Assembly: GCF_028641065.1 (NCBI RefSeq)
Contig: NC_073379.1
Location: 12,586,001-12,650,000 of the forward strand
Direction of reading: 5' to 3'
Length of the DNA: 64,000 nucleotides
Origin: Leucoraja erinacea
Lineage: Eukaryota
This document shows positions 26,816 through 40,333 of this stretch, piece after piece. The position numbers and the translations under genes were made by a program. Each line of letters begins with the position of its first letter. Within the stretch, counting starts at the first letter, position 1. The notes under the pieces are model-generated. The model saw nothing but the letters and a program-made list of their open reading frames with translations. It was not told where the DNA came from and did no database searches.

Positions 26816-29800
26816 TTCCAACATCTGCAATTCCTTGTGGCTCCATTTCTTTGCTCCACTGCAGAATCTCCTCCTAGTATGCTTACATTGAGGAAGCACG
26901 GTACAGCGCCGGAGACCCTGGTTCGATCCTGACTACGGGTGCTCTCTGCACGGAGTTTGTACGTTCTCCCCTTGAACTGCGTGGGTTTTCGCCGGGATCT
27001 CCGGTTTCCTCCCAGACTCCAAAAACGTACAGGTTTGAAGGCAAATTGGCCTGTGTCCCTAGTGTGTATTGGGTAATGTAAGGGCGTGGACTCGGTGGGC
27101 CGAAGGGCCCGTTTCCCCGCTATATCTCTAGTTTTCTAGCTTTAGCGTTTCTAAACTCTGAGCGCTGTAGCTCCATCCTGGAGATGGAGTTGGATTCATG
27201 GGAGGTGGTCTTGGAGTGGAGGCCCCCTCAAACAGTGGAGCGTCTTGGACAATACAGCTCACCCTCTCCATGACCCACCCACTGGTCAACCTGAGGAGGA
27301 CCGTCAGCAACAATCTGGTTCTAGCAGTAAGTTGCAGCACACAACGCCACAGGAGATCCTTCTTCCCTGTGGCTATCAAACTGTACAACTCCTCCCCCTT
27401 CTGTCGTGGGGTAGACTGACTCCCCTCCCACAATCTTTATACATCTTTGCACATCCCCAATCCTTTCCACTCGTCACTTTAATTTCATGTTTGATGTATT
27501 GTGATTCCTGCTGCTCTTCCGCTCTTCAACCATCTATCACTTGCCAGTCTTTGTCTCGCCCCCCACCCCTCTTTTGCCGCTTTCTCCCCCCCCCCCCCCC
27601 CCCACAACCACAAGAATCACTCTGAAGAAGGGACCTGAATCGTTACATTCCTTCCAAAGATGCCACCTGACCCGCTGTTCACCCAGCACTTTGCGTTTTG
27701 CTTGAATTAAAAGCTATGTTAATTGAAGTCACATCAAAGTCCGATAAATTCACCAGTGTAATTCATCAAGACGGAGGAACAAGATGAAAGCAGATCTCCG
27801 AGAGAACCTCTTCACCCAGAGGAAATCTGGGACGCAGTGCCTGAGAGGTGATGGGGGCCTAGACTCTTAAAATGTATATGAAGCGTTTAGACATACACTT
27901 GAAACAACAAGATGAGGAGGGATTTCTTTAGCCAGAGGGTGGTGAATCTGTGTAATTCATTACCATAGATGGCTGTGGAGGCCAAGTCAATGGATTTTTT
28001 TTTACAGCAGAGATCGATAGGTTCTTGATTAGAGATAGACACAAAATGCTGGAGCAAGTCAGCAGGACAGGCAGCAGCTCTGGAGAGAAGGAATGGGTGA
28101 CGTTTTGGGTCGAGACCCTTCAATCTTGAGTAGTACAGGTTTCAGGGGTTACAAGGAGACGGCAGGAGAGGAAAAGACACATCAGCCATGATTGAATGGC
28201 AAAGTAGACTTGATGGGCCGAATGGCCTAATTCTGCTCTGAATGGCCTAACAAGAACATTTAGAGCAGGTTACAAAACATGTGCAGTGTAGATTAGTATT
28301 TGATGACCAGTATGGTGGTCCGAGAAGCCCCATTTCTGTGTGAGTGAAGGTAGATACAATGGTGACGTTTTTACTGGGCTTTTAATTAGGGAGGTGGATA
28401 TGCAGGGAATGGAAGGATGTGGATCACATTAGTTTATCTTTGCATAATTCTCAGCGTGGGCTGAAATGGCCTGTTCCTGTGCTGAACTGTTCTAAGTTTT
28501 ATGTTCTAGGTTCTGACCCGCTGTGTTACTGCAGCACTCTGTGTTCTTGCAAGAGAATAAAACAGCCCAGCTTTTCCCTGACAATAAATTGATGGAATTA
28601 GTGGCTGCACTGGACAATTTCTGAAACATGGCGCTAGAGGATAGAGTTACAATCCTACTTTTGTTAATAATAGTAATGGCTATGTGAATGGATACTATAT
28701 CCAGGGGGCATTACATCCCTAGAAACTAGCTATTGAATAAATATCCATTCATGTTCTAATAGACCCGTGTGTGCTGGATTAACATAGATTTACTACATGG
28801 CATTTATCTTGTTTACATTCTATGATCGAGTCATACAGCGTGGCAACAGGCCCAACCTGCCCATGCCAACCATCATGCTCCATCTACACTAGTCCCACCT
28901 GCCTGCGTTTGGCCCATATCCCTTTAAACCATTCCTATCCACGTACCTGATCAAATGCTTTTTAAACGTTGTGACAGTACCTGCCTCAATTACCTCCTCC
29001 GGCAGCTCGTTCTATACACCTGCCATCCTTTGCGTAAAATAAGTTGCCCCTCAGGTTCCTATTAAATTCCCCCCCCACCCCTCACTTTAAACCAATGTCC
29101 TCTGGTTCTCGATTAACTTACCCTGCGTATTTTGACAGGTACATGGATACGATAAGCTTTGAGAGATATGGGCCAAACGTGGGCAGGTTGGACTAGTGTA
29201 GATGGGCATGTTGGTCAGGTGTGGGCAAGTGTGAAGAAAGGCCTGTTTCCATGCTGTATGACTATACGGCTCCAAGCAAGATAAACGGCATATAGTAAAT
29301 CTACATTAATCCACACGTGGAACTACTAGAGTTGGTATGTTGGGTCGAAGCGCCTGTCCTCTGGTTCCCGATTCACCTAATCTGGGTAAAGAACTGTGCA
29401 TTTATTCAATCTATTCCTCTTATGATCTTACACACGTCTATAAGGTCACCACTCAAACTCCTGCGCTCCAAGGAATAAAGCCCTAGCCTGTTCAGCCCTT
29501 CCCTGTAGCGTAGGTCCCTCGAGTCCTGGCAACATCTTAGTTTTCTGTGGGTACAAAATCCAATATGCTCTTTGTTTTTTAACTCCTGCCGGATGAGTTG
29601 ATTGGACATAATGTGTCTCGTTAACCCCTCATTAGCCCCCAGCTCCGTGCTCTCTACTCTACTGCCATGGAGGGGCTAATTAACTTAATCACTTCACAAT
29701 TACCATCCTTCAATTCTATTTTGCCCCCCCCCCCTCACATCCTACATGTTCTCTGTTCTCAATTCAAGATTTGCTTCTGGCTAACTCAAGAAGTTCTGGT

Positions 29801-32257
29801 CACCCCGTTACAGGAAAGGTGTGTGAGTTTCAGAAAGAGTGCAGGACAGTTTTACCAGAATGCTGCCTGGGTTAGAGGATATTAGATACAAGGAGCAATT
29901 GGTCAGAGGGGCAAAGTTTAAAGGAGACACGCAGGGCAAGAGAGGGGTGAATACGTGGAACGTGCTGCCAGAGATGACGGTGGAGACCGATACAATACTG
30001 GTGTTTAAGAGATTTTTAGATAGGCACATGGATGCTGCTTGGATTAGAGGGATATTAATTACAAGGACAGGCAGGACAAACTTGAAATGTTTTCTCTGGA
30101 ACGCAAGAGATTGAGGGGAGACGTAAGAGAAGTATATAAAATTATGAGAGGCATAGATAGGGTAGACAGTCAGAACCTTTATCCTGAGAGTGGAAATATC
30201 ACAGACTACAGGGCAAAGCTTTCAGTCGAGAGGGGGAATGAATAAAGGGGTAAGTTTTTAATTATTATTATGCACAATGGTGGGTGCCTGGAACGTGTTG
30301 CCAGGGGTGGTGGTGGAGGCAGATACAATAGTGTTGCTTAGGAGGCTTTTAGATAGGCACTTGGATATGCAGGGAATGGAGGGATATGGATCACAAGCAG
30401 GCAGAGGAGATTGGGGCGGCACAGCGGTAGAGTTGCTGCCTTACAGCGACAGAGACCCAGGTTCGATCCTGACTGCAGGTGCTGTCTGTACGGTGTTTGT
30501 ACGTTCTCCCCGTGACTGCGTGGGTTTTCACCGGGAGCTCCGGTTTACTCCCACACTCCAAAGACATGCAGGTTTGGCGGTTAATCCGCTTCAGTAAAGA
30601 TTGTAAATTGTCCCTGGTGTGTAGGATAGGGTTGGTGTAGGCACGGACTCCGTAGGCCGAATGGCATGTTTTCCGCGCTGTATCTTTAAACTAAACTAGT
30701 TTAACATGGTATAATGTTCGGAGTAGACATTGTGGGTCGAAGGGACCATAAGGTTCCTGTGCTGTTCTGTTCTATGTTCAACTGCACCTCACTGTGCAAT
30801 GCTCCCTGAAACAGCAGTCAGCGGGAGAGTCGGCATGAGAGAAATGGGCAGGGGATCCTGGCACAGAACTCTTCTCTTGCTCAAAGGGCTCACCAATCAC
30901 CAGAGCAGCCAATGCTCACCAACCACCTGCGCGGTCCAGTGGCACAGCGGGTAGAGCAGCCGCCTCACAGTGCCAGGGACCCGGGTTCGATCCTGACCTC
31001 GGGTGCTGTCTGAGTGTAGTTTGCACATTCTCCCTGTGACCCTGTGGGTTTCCTCCGGGTGCTCCGGTTTCCTCCCAAATTCCAGTGAATATCGGCCCAG
31101 TCGATCCATTCTTTCATCATATGAACTGGTGGGACTGACATATGAACGAAGGATATTGCAGAAGACGGTGAATACTGCCTGGTCCATCACAGGTACTGAC
31201 CTCCTTGCCATCGAAGGGATCTATAGGAGATGCTGCCTCAGAAGAGGCAGCCAGCACCAAAAACCCATACCAGCCTGGCTGCACTCTCATTTCATTTGGG
31301 AAGGAGATACAGGAGCCTGAAAATCACGACCACCAGATTCAGATACAGCTTCTTGCAACAACCAAAGATACATACAAAATGCTGGAGTACCCTCAGCAGG
31401 TCAGGCAGCATCTCTGGAGAAAACAGATCGATAACGTTTCAAGTCGGGGCCCTTATTCAGACCTTTCCAACCACCATCAGGCTCTTTAACACCACACAAC
31501 ACTATAAACCAGCTATGAAGAATAGACTGTCTTTGCTTGCTCTAAGGACTTTGGGTTTTCTGCACCAGTAATGGGGTTAATAATGTATTGAACTTTTGTT
31601 TGCTACATTCCTATCTCAGTGTGTTGAGTTTACTGCTATATAGAGTCATACAGAACGGATCGTGGCCCTTTGGCCCAACATCCATGCTGACCAAGATGCC
31701 CCATTTAAGCTATTGTCATTTCTTCCCGTTTGGCCCATACCCTTCTGAAGGGTCTCGACCTGAAACATCACCCATTTCTTCTCTCCAGAGATGCTGCCCG
31801 TCCCGCTGAGTTACTCCAGCTTTTTGTCTATCTTCTAAATCGTATCTATGTACGTGTCCAAATACTATACGTTTTACAGTACTTGCCTCAACTACGTCCT
31901 TGTCCCATATACCCCCTCACCCTCAGAGTGAAAATATTGCCTTTTTGCTCCTCTTACCTTCAAAGCTACGTCCTTTGGCTTTTGATTCCTACCCTGGGTA
32001 AAATACTCCACGCATTCGTCTGATCTATTCCTCTCGTGATTTTAGACACCTCTGTAAGATCATCCCTCAGCCTACAGCACTCCAATGAATAAAGTCCCAG
32101 CCTGCCAAAGCACTCCCTTGCAGTTCAGACCCTCGTCCTGACAAAATACTCGTAAATCTTCTCTACACCCATTGCAGCTTAACGACATCCTTCCGACAGA
32201 TGCAGCTTCAGTAAAAATGTTATCTGAAATTCCTCCCCCCCCCCCATTACTACCATC

Positions 32258-32530
32258 AGTCTGAAGAAAGGTCCCGACCTGAAACATCACCCATTCACAT
32301 TCTCCAGAGATGCTGCCTGACCCACTGAGTTACACCAGCACTCTGTGAAACGTCACCTATCCATGTTCTCCAGAGATGCTGCCTGACCCACTGAGTTACT
32401 CCAGCACTCTGTGAAACATCATCGACCCATGTCCTCCAGAGATGCTGCCTGACCCGCTGAGTTACTCCAGCACTCTGTGAAACGTCACCTACCCATGTTC
32501 TCCACAGATGCTGCCTGACCCGCTGATTTT
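32258..32530 (+). repeat. Same 66-bp unit array (about 4 units) about 70 bp into the TESK intron
   Basis: Headed by CTGAAGAAAGGTCCCGACCTGAAACATC. Confidence 0.88.
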
Positions 32531-32601
32531 GTGTTTTTTTGTAAAGCAGTTCCATGAGTCTACATTGAAACACTCTTTAGATTAGACGGTCAGACCCTTA
32601 C

Positions 32602-32820
32602 CTTGAACACTTCCGAGAAGAATCCCGAGCCGATCTTCTCGCAGTAGAAGTCGTCGATCCTGGCCAGGGTGGACACAGCGCTGCACAGCGCCCGGTATGA
32701 GGAGGGTCGCATACAGTTGCAGCCGAGCATCGCGCCCGACACGGGGGCCGAGTAGGGCCCGCAGTCCGGCACCAGGACCTCGCTGGGCAAGTCCAATCTC
32801 AGGTTTGTTTCCCTCGCCAT
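32602..32820 (-). CDS. TESK1: First coding exon of a TESK-family dual-specificity kinase (TESK1-like), 73 codons, ending after the glycine-rich loop
   Basis: Translates MARETNL...[37 protein letters not shown], matching the TESK1/2 pre-kinase motif (TESK1 [21 protein letters not shown]) and kinase subdomain I. Strong Kozak context (gagATGG). Phase-0 donor AAG|gtaagg at 32601. TESK1 is preferred over TESK2 because of SAVSxLARxDDF. Confidence 0.88.
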
Positions 32821-33504
32821 CTCTCTGCCTGCCCTCCTCCCCCTCCCAGCGGACCTACCCCAACCTGATTCACATCTTCCCCGGACTCGGGAGCGGAATG
32901 CAAGGGGAGACGGGGTGCTCCAGGAGTGTTCAGAGATGAAGCCTTCACACCTTCAACCCCGGCATTTCATCCACTTGGCCCACTCTTCGTATGATCAAAC
33001 CCATGAAGAGGCGAGAAGCAATGAGCAGCTAGTGATAAACTAGGACTAGCCTGGATCACTTTGCGAGTCATTTAGATGCCCAATCACAATGAATCAATAA
33101 ACCATTGGTCATTCAACAATAGTCGACGAATAGTCTTGCAATGTTGATCAATAACCTGGCTCTGCACAGCAACTAGTCATCAATAATCCAGCATTGATAA
33201 GTCAACAAATAAACTGATGAATTGGCGATCCATTAATCAATGATCGGTATAATCCAGCAACGATGATTGATCTGGCAAAGATGAATGAATAAAGCGATGA
33301 TAAGCAGTCAATATTCAGCGTTCAATCGCAAACTAAAAGAGCAATAGGTCTCCTGAACTTGGAGACTGGTCACTATTCACCATTGGGGTGTTGACCTGGG
33401 AGGTGGCTGAGGTCCCTTCACCCTGTGCATGGATTGTATTGATTCGGAGTGGGTAGAGTAGCAATAGAACCTTTTCTCTGCTCAAAGCCGGTAATGCTGT
33501 TAAT

Positions 33505-34080
33505 TGATCCCGATTCCTGGTCCGATTCCAATCTATCTGCTCCTGGTTTGACCCGGTCTATCTAATCCTGGACTGATCTGGGCCTGATCCCAGTCTGTCT
33601 GATCCTGGTCTGACCCTGGTCTACCTGCTCCTGGCCTGACCCTGGTATATCTGCTCCTGGTCTGATCCCAGTCTACCTGATCCTGTTTGATCCCAGTCTA
33701 CCTGATCCTATTTGATCCCAGTCTACCTGATCCTGAGTCCTGGTCCAGTCCCAGGATATCTGCTGATTCCTTGTCGGATCCCACCCACTCTTTCCAATCC
33801 TCGATTGATCCCAGTCCGATCCTGTTTTGATCCCTGTCTATCTGCAGATATTCCAGATCTGATCCCAGTCTATCTGCTCCTGATCTGATCCTGGTTAGAT
33901 CCCAGTCTATCTGCTCCAGATCTGATTCTGTTTGATCCCGGGTTCGCGTTCCTGATCTGATCTCAGTTTAGTTGCTCCCGATTCCTAGCCTGCTCCCTGT
34001 TTGCTCCGCCCGCTCCGCGTCTGATCCCGGTGTAAGTGCTCCTCCACCTTTGATCCCGGTTTAGCTGCTCCCGCTCCGGC
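33505..34080. repeat. Degenerate minisatellite (about 20-25 bp units, TGATCCCAGTCTACCTGATCCTG-like)
   Basis: Repeated gatccc(a/g)gtct..ctg(a/c)tcctg units between the CpG island and the TESK coding exon. Confidence 0.8.
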
Positions 34081-34400
34081 TAGGCCTCCCGGGCTGCGCT
34101 CTCCGGCACCGGCTCCGCCTGCGATCCCGACGCTGGGACTGACGGAGCTGCCGCCCTGCGCACAGCGCTGGCTCCGGCTCCGGCTCCGGCTCCTTATGTG
34201 GGAGCGCCGGGAGGGCGGGGAGGCTGGAGCGGGGCGGCGCTGCCCTGCCTTGCCCTGCCCTGCCCTGCCCGCCCGCCTGCCTGCCGCAGACCCCGGGCGC
34301 CGCCTGCGGGCCACTGCCGAGCCCAGCAAAGCCGCCGCTCGGAGCAAAGATACTACAGGATCTTTGGCTCGGAGTGTCCCAGAGCCCGGGACATGAGGGT
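33980..34400 (-). promoter_or_regulatory. CpG island, likely TESK1 promoter or 5' end
   Basis: Very GC- and CpG-rich, with GC boxes (GGGCGGGG, GGGGCGG), (GGCTCC)n and (GCCCT)n runs, about 1.2-1.6 kb upstream of the TESK ATG on the minus strand. Confidence 0.75.
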
Positions 34401-34735
34401 CACCCTCCCCCCCTTCCCTCTGGCCCCCCCCCCCCACCCCACCCCATCACTCTCGCTCTCCCCCTCTCTCCCTCTTCTCTCCCCCTTCACCCTTTCCCCT
34501 CCTCACTCTTCCATCCTCGCTCTCCCCTCTCCCTCTCTACTTTCTCCTCTCTCCATCACTCCCTCCCCCTCCACCTCTCACTCTTCCCTCGCCCCCTCTT
34601 ACTCTATTTCTTCCCTCTTCTCTCTCACTCTTCTCTGTGCCCCTCCCTATCAATCTTTCTTCGCCCCTCTCTTTTCCTCCCTCTCTCCCTTTTTTCTCTC
34701 TCCCTCACCCATCTTTCCCTCCCCCTTTCCCCGTG
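34401..34735. repeat. Polypyrimidine/polypurine low-complexity tract
   Basis: About 330 bp almost entirely C/T on the plus strand, followed by (TG)n/(TA)n. Confidence 0.9.
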
Positions 34736-37700
34736 CAGAGATCCATCAATTTGTGTGTGTGTGTATGTGTGTGTATACCTATGTTTATATATATTAAATA
34801 TATATGATGAACTTTTTCCATTTATTATATTGTTTACAGTGAACCATGTTTACACACATATATATATATTTATATTTATGTATTTATATATACGTATATC
34901 TTTCTCCATTCTGCTGTTTTGGTCTTGTCGTTGAAGGTCTTGGTGTATTTATCATTGCTATATGAGTACTGTTTACTCCATGCGTCTCGTGAACAAGCAA
35001 TTTCATTGCACCCTGTGGGATATGACAATAAACTAATCTGATCTGTGACTTCCATTGCTGATCATGAGACTGCACTTTTCATGGTCAATCAATTGGAAAT
35101 GTGTTATCCACAACAACTCTATCTAGGTGTAGTTTCCATGGATACGTTACTGATAGAAGCGGTCCCTATGGACACTCGTTCAATAGGTAGTTTCCAGCGA
35201 CATAGGCTTTCTGGATTCAGTATCTGTTCACATATACATCACTAATAGTAACGAACAAGGGATTGAAAACCCCTCTAGTGACAGATTCCAGAATTTGCAT
35301 TGTGTCGGCACGAATTGCACTGATTTATTATGAGGAAGAAGATTTTTTTTACTAAAAATAAACGTGTTCAATTATTTACACTAAGCAAACAACACCAACA
35401 CACCCACCACCAAATACAAAAATTACCAATTATTCTTACTACTAAATATTAAATAACTATATTACAATCCGGTTCTACAATACATTCTGGAAAAAGACGG
35501 ACTGTTTTATTCTTGAATAGTGCAAAAATAAAATAAATTACTAAAACATAATAACCGTATGTTTTATTCTTTTGCAAAACGCAACGAGCTGCAGTAAGTC
35601 AACAGGTCAGAACATAGAACATAACACAGTACAGCACAGGAATAAGCCCTCCAGCCCATAATGTCTGTGTTGAACATAATGCCAAGACTTACTCCTATCT
35701 GCCTGCACTTAATACATATCTCTCCTTTCCAAGGACCAATAACACAGCCTCAGAATAAAAGGACGTACCTTGAGAAAGGAGACGAGGAGGAATTTATTTA
35801 GCCTGAGGGTAGTGAGTTTGTAGAATTCATTGCCACAGAAGGTTGTGGAGGCCGTCAATGGATATTTTTAAGGCAGAGATACAGTAGATAAATTATTGAT
35901 TAGTACAGGTGTCAGGGGTTATGTGGAGAAGACAGCACAATGAGATTGAGAGGCAAAGATTGACTATCAGACCTGCCTCCACTACCATCCCTGGCAAAGC
36001 ATTCCAGGTACTCACCACCCTCTGTTTACAAAACTTGCCTCGCACATCTCCTTTAAACTTTATCACTCTCACCTTAAAGCTCTGACCCCTAATATTTGAT
36101 ATATCTATCCTGGGAAAAAGTTCTGATTTTTTTCATTTCTACTCCTTTCATAATTTTATATAATTTGATCTGGTCTTTCTAGAGAAAATAACCAAAGTCT
36201 CACTCTGTGCACAAATACCCCCTAATGTAGGCATAATTCTGATAAACCTACACTGCACCCTCTCCAAAGGCTTCCCATCCTTCCTGTAATGGGGTGACCA
36301 GAACTGCACTCATTACTCCAAATGTGGCCTAACCTTAGTCTAGTTTAGTTTAGTTTAGAGATACAGCGCGCAAACAGGCCCTTCGGCCCACCGAGCCACA
36401 CCAACCAGCTAAATATACTCTCTCTCTCTTGACTCTTAGCTCCGCACATATACACGATCCTACGCACACTAGGTACAATTTAGGTTTATACCGAGCCAAT
36501 CAGCCTACAAACCTGAACGTCTTTGGAGTGTGGGAGGAAACCTAAGATTCGGAGAAAACCCACATGGTTCACGGGGATAATGTATAAACTCCATACAGAC
36601 AAGCAGCCACAATCAGGATCGAACCCGGGTCCCTGCCGCTGTGAGCAGTAGCTCTACCGCTGTGCCACCATACTGCCCTTAAAGTAGTCCTACAAGGCTG
36701 CATCATGACTTCCTGACTCTAATACTCAATGACCTGATCAATGAAGGCAAGCATACCATATGCCTTCTTTACCACTGTATCCACTTGCGTTGCCATTTTC
36801 AGGGACTTGGACCCAAAGATCCCTCTGTACATCAATGTTGATAAGGGTCATGCCATTAATTATATATTCTCTCCGGCCTGAATATTGACCTTCCACCACA
36901 TCCCTCAGTCTTCTATCAGTAATCCAGTTCTGAATCCATCTGACCAGGTCACTGTGAACGTACCTTAATCTTCTGATGACAATGATACTTTATTGTCACT
37001 TGTATCTATGTATCGAGGCACAGTGCAAATCTGCATACAATCCAGGCAAATCATACTATAGATAAGCACAACCATAAATAAATAGAAATGTGCAATGATT
37101 GTAGTGCAATGGTCGGCTTCACCGAGACGTGTAAACAAAGGGTCGCCATGTTTTTGGTGCCCACAAAGTTTCAAAGTTGTTAAGAGCGCAGTCTTATCTC
37201 GGCCTTAAAGGCCCGTTGTCCTGGAGACACCGATCCTCTCCCCTGTCCGCCACCATCTTGAAAACGGCCCTCTGACCAGCGTCCGCTATCGTCGCCGACC
37301 CCTCCCCCCCTCCTTCCCGGTTCCTGGTCTTTGGAATTGAACAGGAGACGAGCCTCGGATGACTCCAGTTGAGTTCCTGGTTCTGCGGCTGGTGAGCTTC
37401 TGCTGTCCTGTCCCGCACGGCTGATCGGGAGCTAATGGCCTGCCATGGGGGAGTTTATCAATTGCCTTATCAATATCCATGCCAGGAAGCACATGTGGAG
37501 AACTCTGGTCCAGAACATGTCAATGACCTGTTTTATAGTCTCCCCTGGCATTAAGGCCAGGGATGAAGGTTGGAGACTGAGAACAAACTGAGATTGGAGA
37601 GTGATTAGAAATCTTATCTGTAATCATTAATGTAGCAACTGGTAGAGCTGCTGCCTCCAGCACCAGAGACCAAGGTTAGTTCCTGACCTCGGGTGCTGTC

Positions 37701-40333
37701 TGTAGGAGTTTGCACGTTCCCCCTGTGACCGCATGGGTTTCCTCCGGGTGCTCCAGTTTCCTCCCACACGCTAAGACGTGCAGGTTTGTAGGTTAATTGG
37801 CCCTCTGCAAATTGACCCACATGTGTAGAAAGTGGATTCAGAAGTGAGGGTCAAACATTCAGAACATACAACGAGTGATCAATGGCCTACGTGGATGCAA
37901 TAGACAATAGACAATAGGTGCAGGAGTAGGCCATACGGCTCTTCAAGCCAGCACCGCCATTCAATGTGATCATGGCTGATCATCCCCAATCAATACCCCG
38001 TTCCTGCCTTCTCCCCATGTCCCCTCACTCCGCTATCTGCACAAGCCCTATCTAGCTCTCTCTTGAAAGATTCCAGAGAACCAGCCTCCACCGCCCTCTG
38101 AGGCAGAGAATTCCACAGCCTTACAACTTTCTGCGTGAAAAAGTTTCCTCATCTCCGTTCTAAATGATTCGATGGGCCGAAGGGCCTGTTTCCAGGCTAG
38201 ATCTTTCAAGCCGTTAATGAAAAACAATGAGATGGAGTTAAATCTGATTTGAAACACAAGCGACTTCCGTTGCTGAAATCTGGAGCTAAATACAATCTGC
38301 TGGAGGAACTCAGCAGGTCAGGCAGGCAGGGGAAGGAGTTGATGATGTATCGGGACTAAGAAAAAGATGGATATCAAGAGGAGAGGGAGAAGGGTGAGAG
38401 AGAGTCCGGTAATCATTGGTGGACTGAGGAGGGGGTGAAGGCTCTAACGAAAGATTTTGGCGTGAAATGTCGACAGTTCAATTCTCCTCCTCAGACGCTG
38501 CCTGACCGGCTAAGTTGCTCCAGCAGTTTGTTTTCTGAAATCAGACTTGAGTCCCGCATTCCCTGAGGGGTTCCTCTTCGAGGATAACAATGGAAAGATC
38601 ATGGGTTTGTTGTCATAGGGTTGTAGGCTCTTCGGCCCATCAACCACTTGTTTACACAAATCCTAACATTTTATTAGTTATAGAGTCATACAGCACAGAA
38701 ACAGGCTCTGCAACCCAACCTATCCATGCTAACGAAAATGTCCCGTCTAAGCTAGTCCTATTTGTCCATGCCTGGCCCTTATCCCTCTACGCCTGTCCTA
38801 CCCATGCACCTGTCATTTAACAGATCTTATTGTACCTGTACGACTACCTCCTTTAGATTAGTTTTGAGATACATCTCAAAAACAGGCCCTTCAGCCCATC
38901 GAGTCCGTGCTGACCAGCAATCCCACACACACTTGGGACAATTTATAATTAGACTAAGCCAATTAACCTACGAACCTGTACGTCTTTGGAGTGTTGGAGA
39001 AAACCGGAGATATGGAGTAAATCCACGCAGGTCACGGGGAGAACGTACAAACTCCGTACAGTTCTAACGTTGCACTACCGTGCTGCCCTTTGGTCATAGA
39101 GTGGTAGAGCACGGAACAGGCCCTTCAGCCCAATCTGTCCATGCCAACCAAAATGCCCCATCCAATGGACAAGCAGCCTCCCTCGAGGACATGGATAGGT
39201 GACGTTTTGGGTCGGGACTCTTCTTCAGACTGATTGTAGATGGGAGAAGAAAGCTGGAAGAGGGGCAGGGCAGGACAAAGCTTGAGAGGTGATAGGTTGA
39301 TACAGGGGGAGGTGGGAGGGTGGTTAGAGGCAGGTGGTTAGACAAAGGCCAGAGATGTAAAGACAGAAGGTGTGAGACAAAAGGACTGAATAGTTGCAAA
39401 TTGTAAGGCTGGAGGATGGAAGATGACTGACCCACTGAGTTCCTCCAGCACTGGTGGTCTTTTTTGGGGCAATTAAATGCTGGCTTTTTTGGCAATGGAC
39501 AGATCTGATGAAATTAAACAAAGTAGACATTGGAATAAAAAGTAAGTGATCATTTGTGAAATCCTGTCCCATTTGGGTGGCACAATGGCACAGTGGTACA
39601 GTTGCTGCCTTACAGCACCAAAGATCTGGGATCGATCCTGACTAAGGGTGTTTGTCTGTACAGAGTTTGTATGTTCACCCTGTCCCTTCCTTCTTTGTTG
39701 TTTGTTTGTATGTGTTAAATGTATGTTTTTAATGTTCTTTAGCTTGTTTTCTGTGTGGGGGGGTGGGGGGGGGGGGGGGGGGGGGGAGGGGGGGAAGGAC
39801 ATTTTTCCAATCTCTTACCTGGACGGAGATGCGATTTCCCCCCAACATCGAGGAGTTGGCGACCTTTGCTGGAGACCGACTTCGAGAACTCCACCGTGGG
39901 TGACTGCAGACTAACATTGTGGAGCTCACGGTCTCTGGTTAGAAACCCACTTTGGGAACACCAAGCTGCAGAAGCTTCGACCGCCCCGACGTGGGGTCTT
40001 TGATCGCCCCGACGTGGGGTCTTCGATTGCCCCGAGTGTGGATGGTTCGACTACCTCGACTGCAGGAAAATAAAAGAGGAAAAAGGTCGGACTCTACTGT
40101 CTTCCTTCACAGTGAGGAATGTGGGGAATCCCCTGTGGTGGATGTTTATGTTGACTTTTATGTAGTTGTGTGTCTTGTTGCTTTTTTTTCGTGTGGCTGT
40201 ATACCTTAATTGGTACATGTGACAATAAACTGACCTTGAAACCTTGAAACCGTGACCACGTTGGGTTTCTCCAGGTGCTCCGCTTTCCTCCCACATTCTA
40301 AAGACATGTGGGTTTGTAGTTTCATTGGTTTCT

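Noticed and set aside
33985-34934. Long ORFs over the CpG island and pyrimidine tract
   Set aside because: Low-complexity, stop-poor composition with no recognisable domain.
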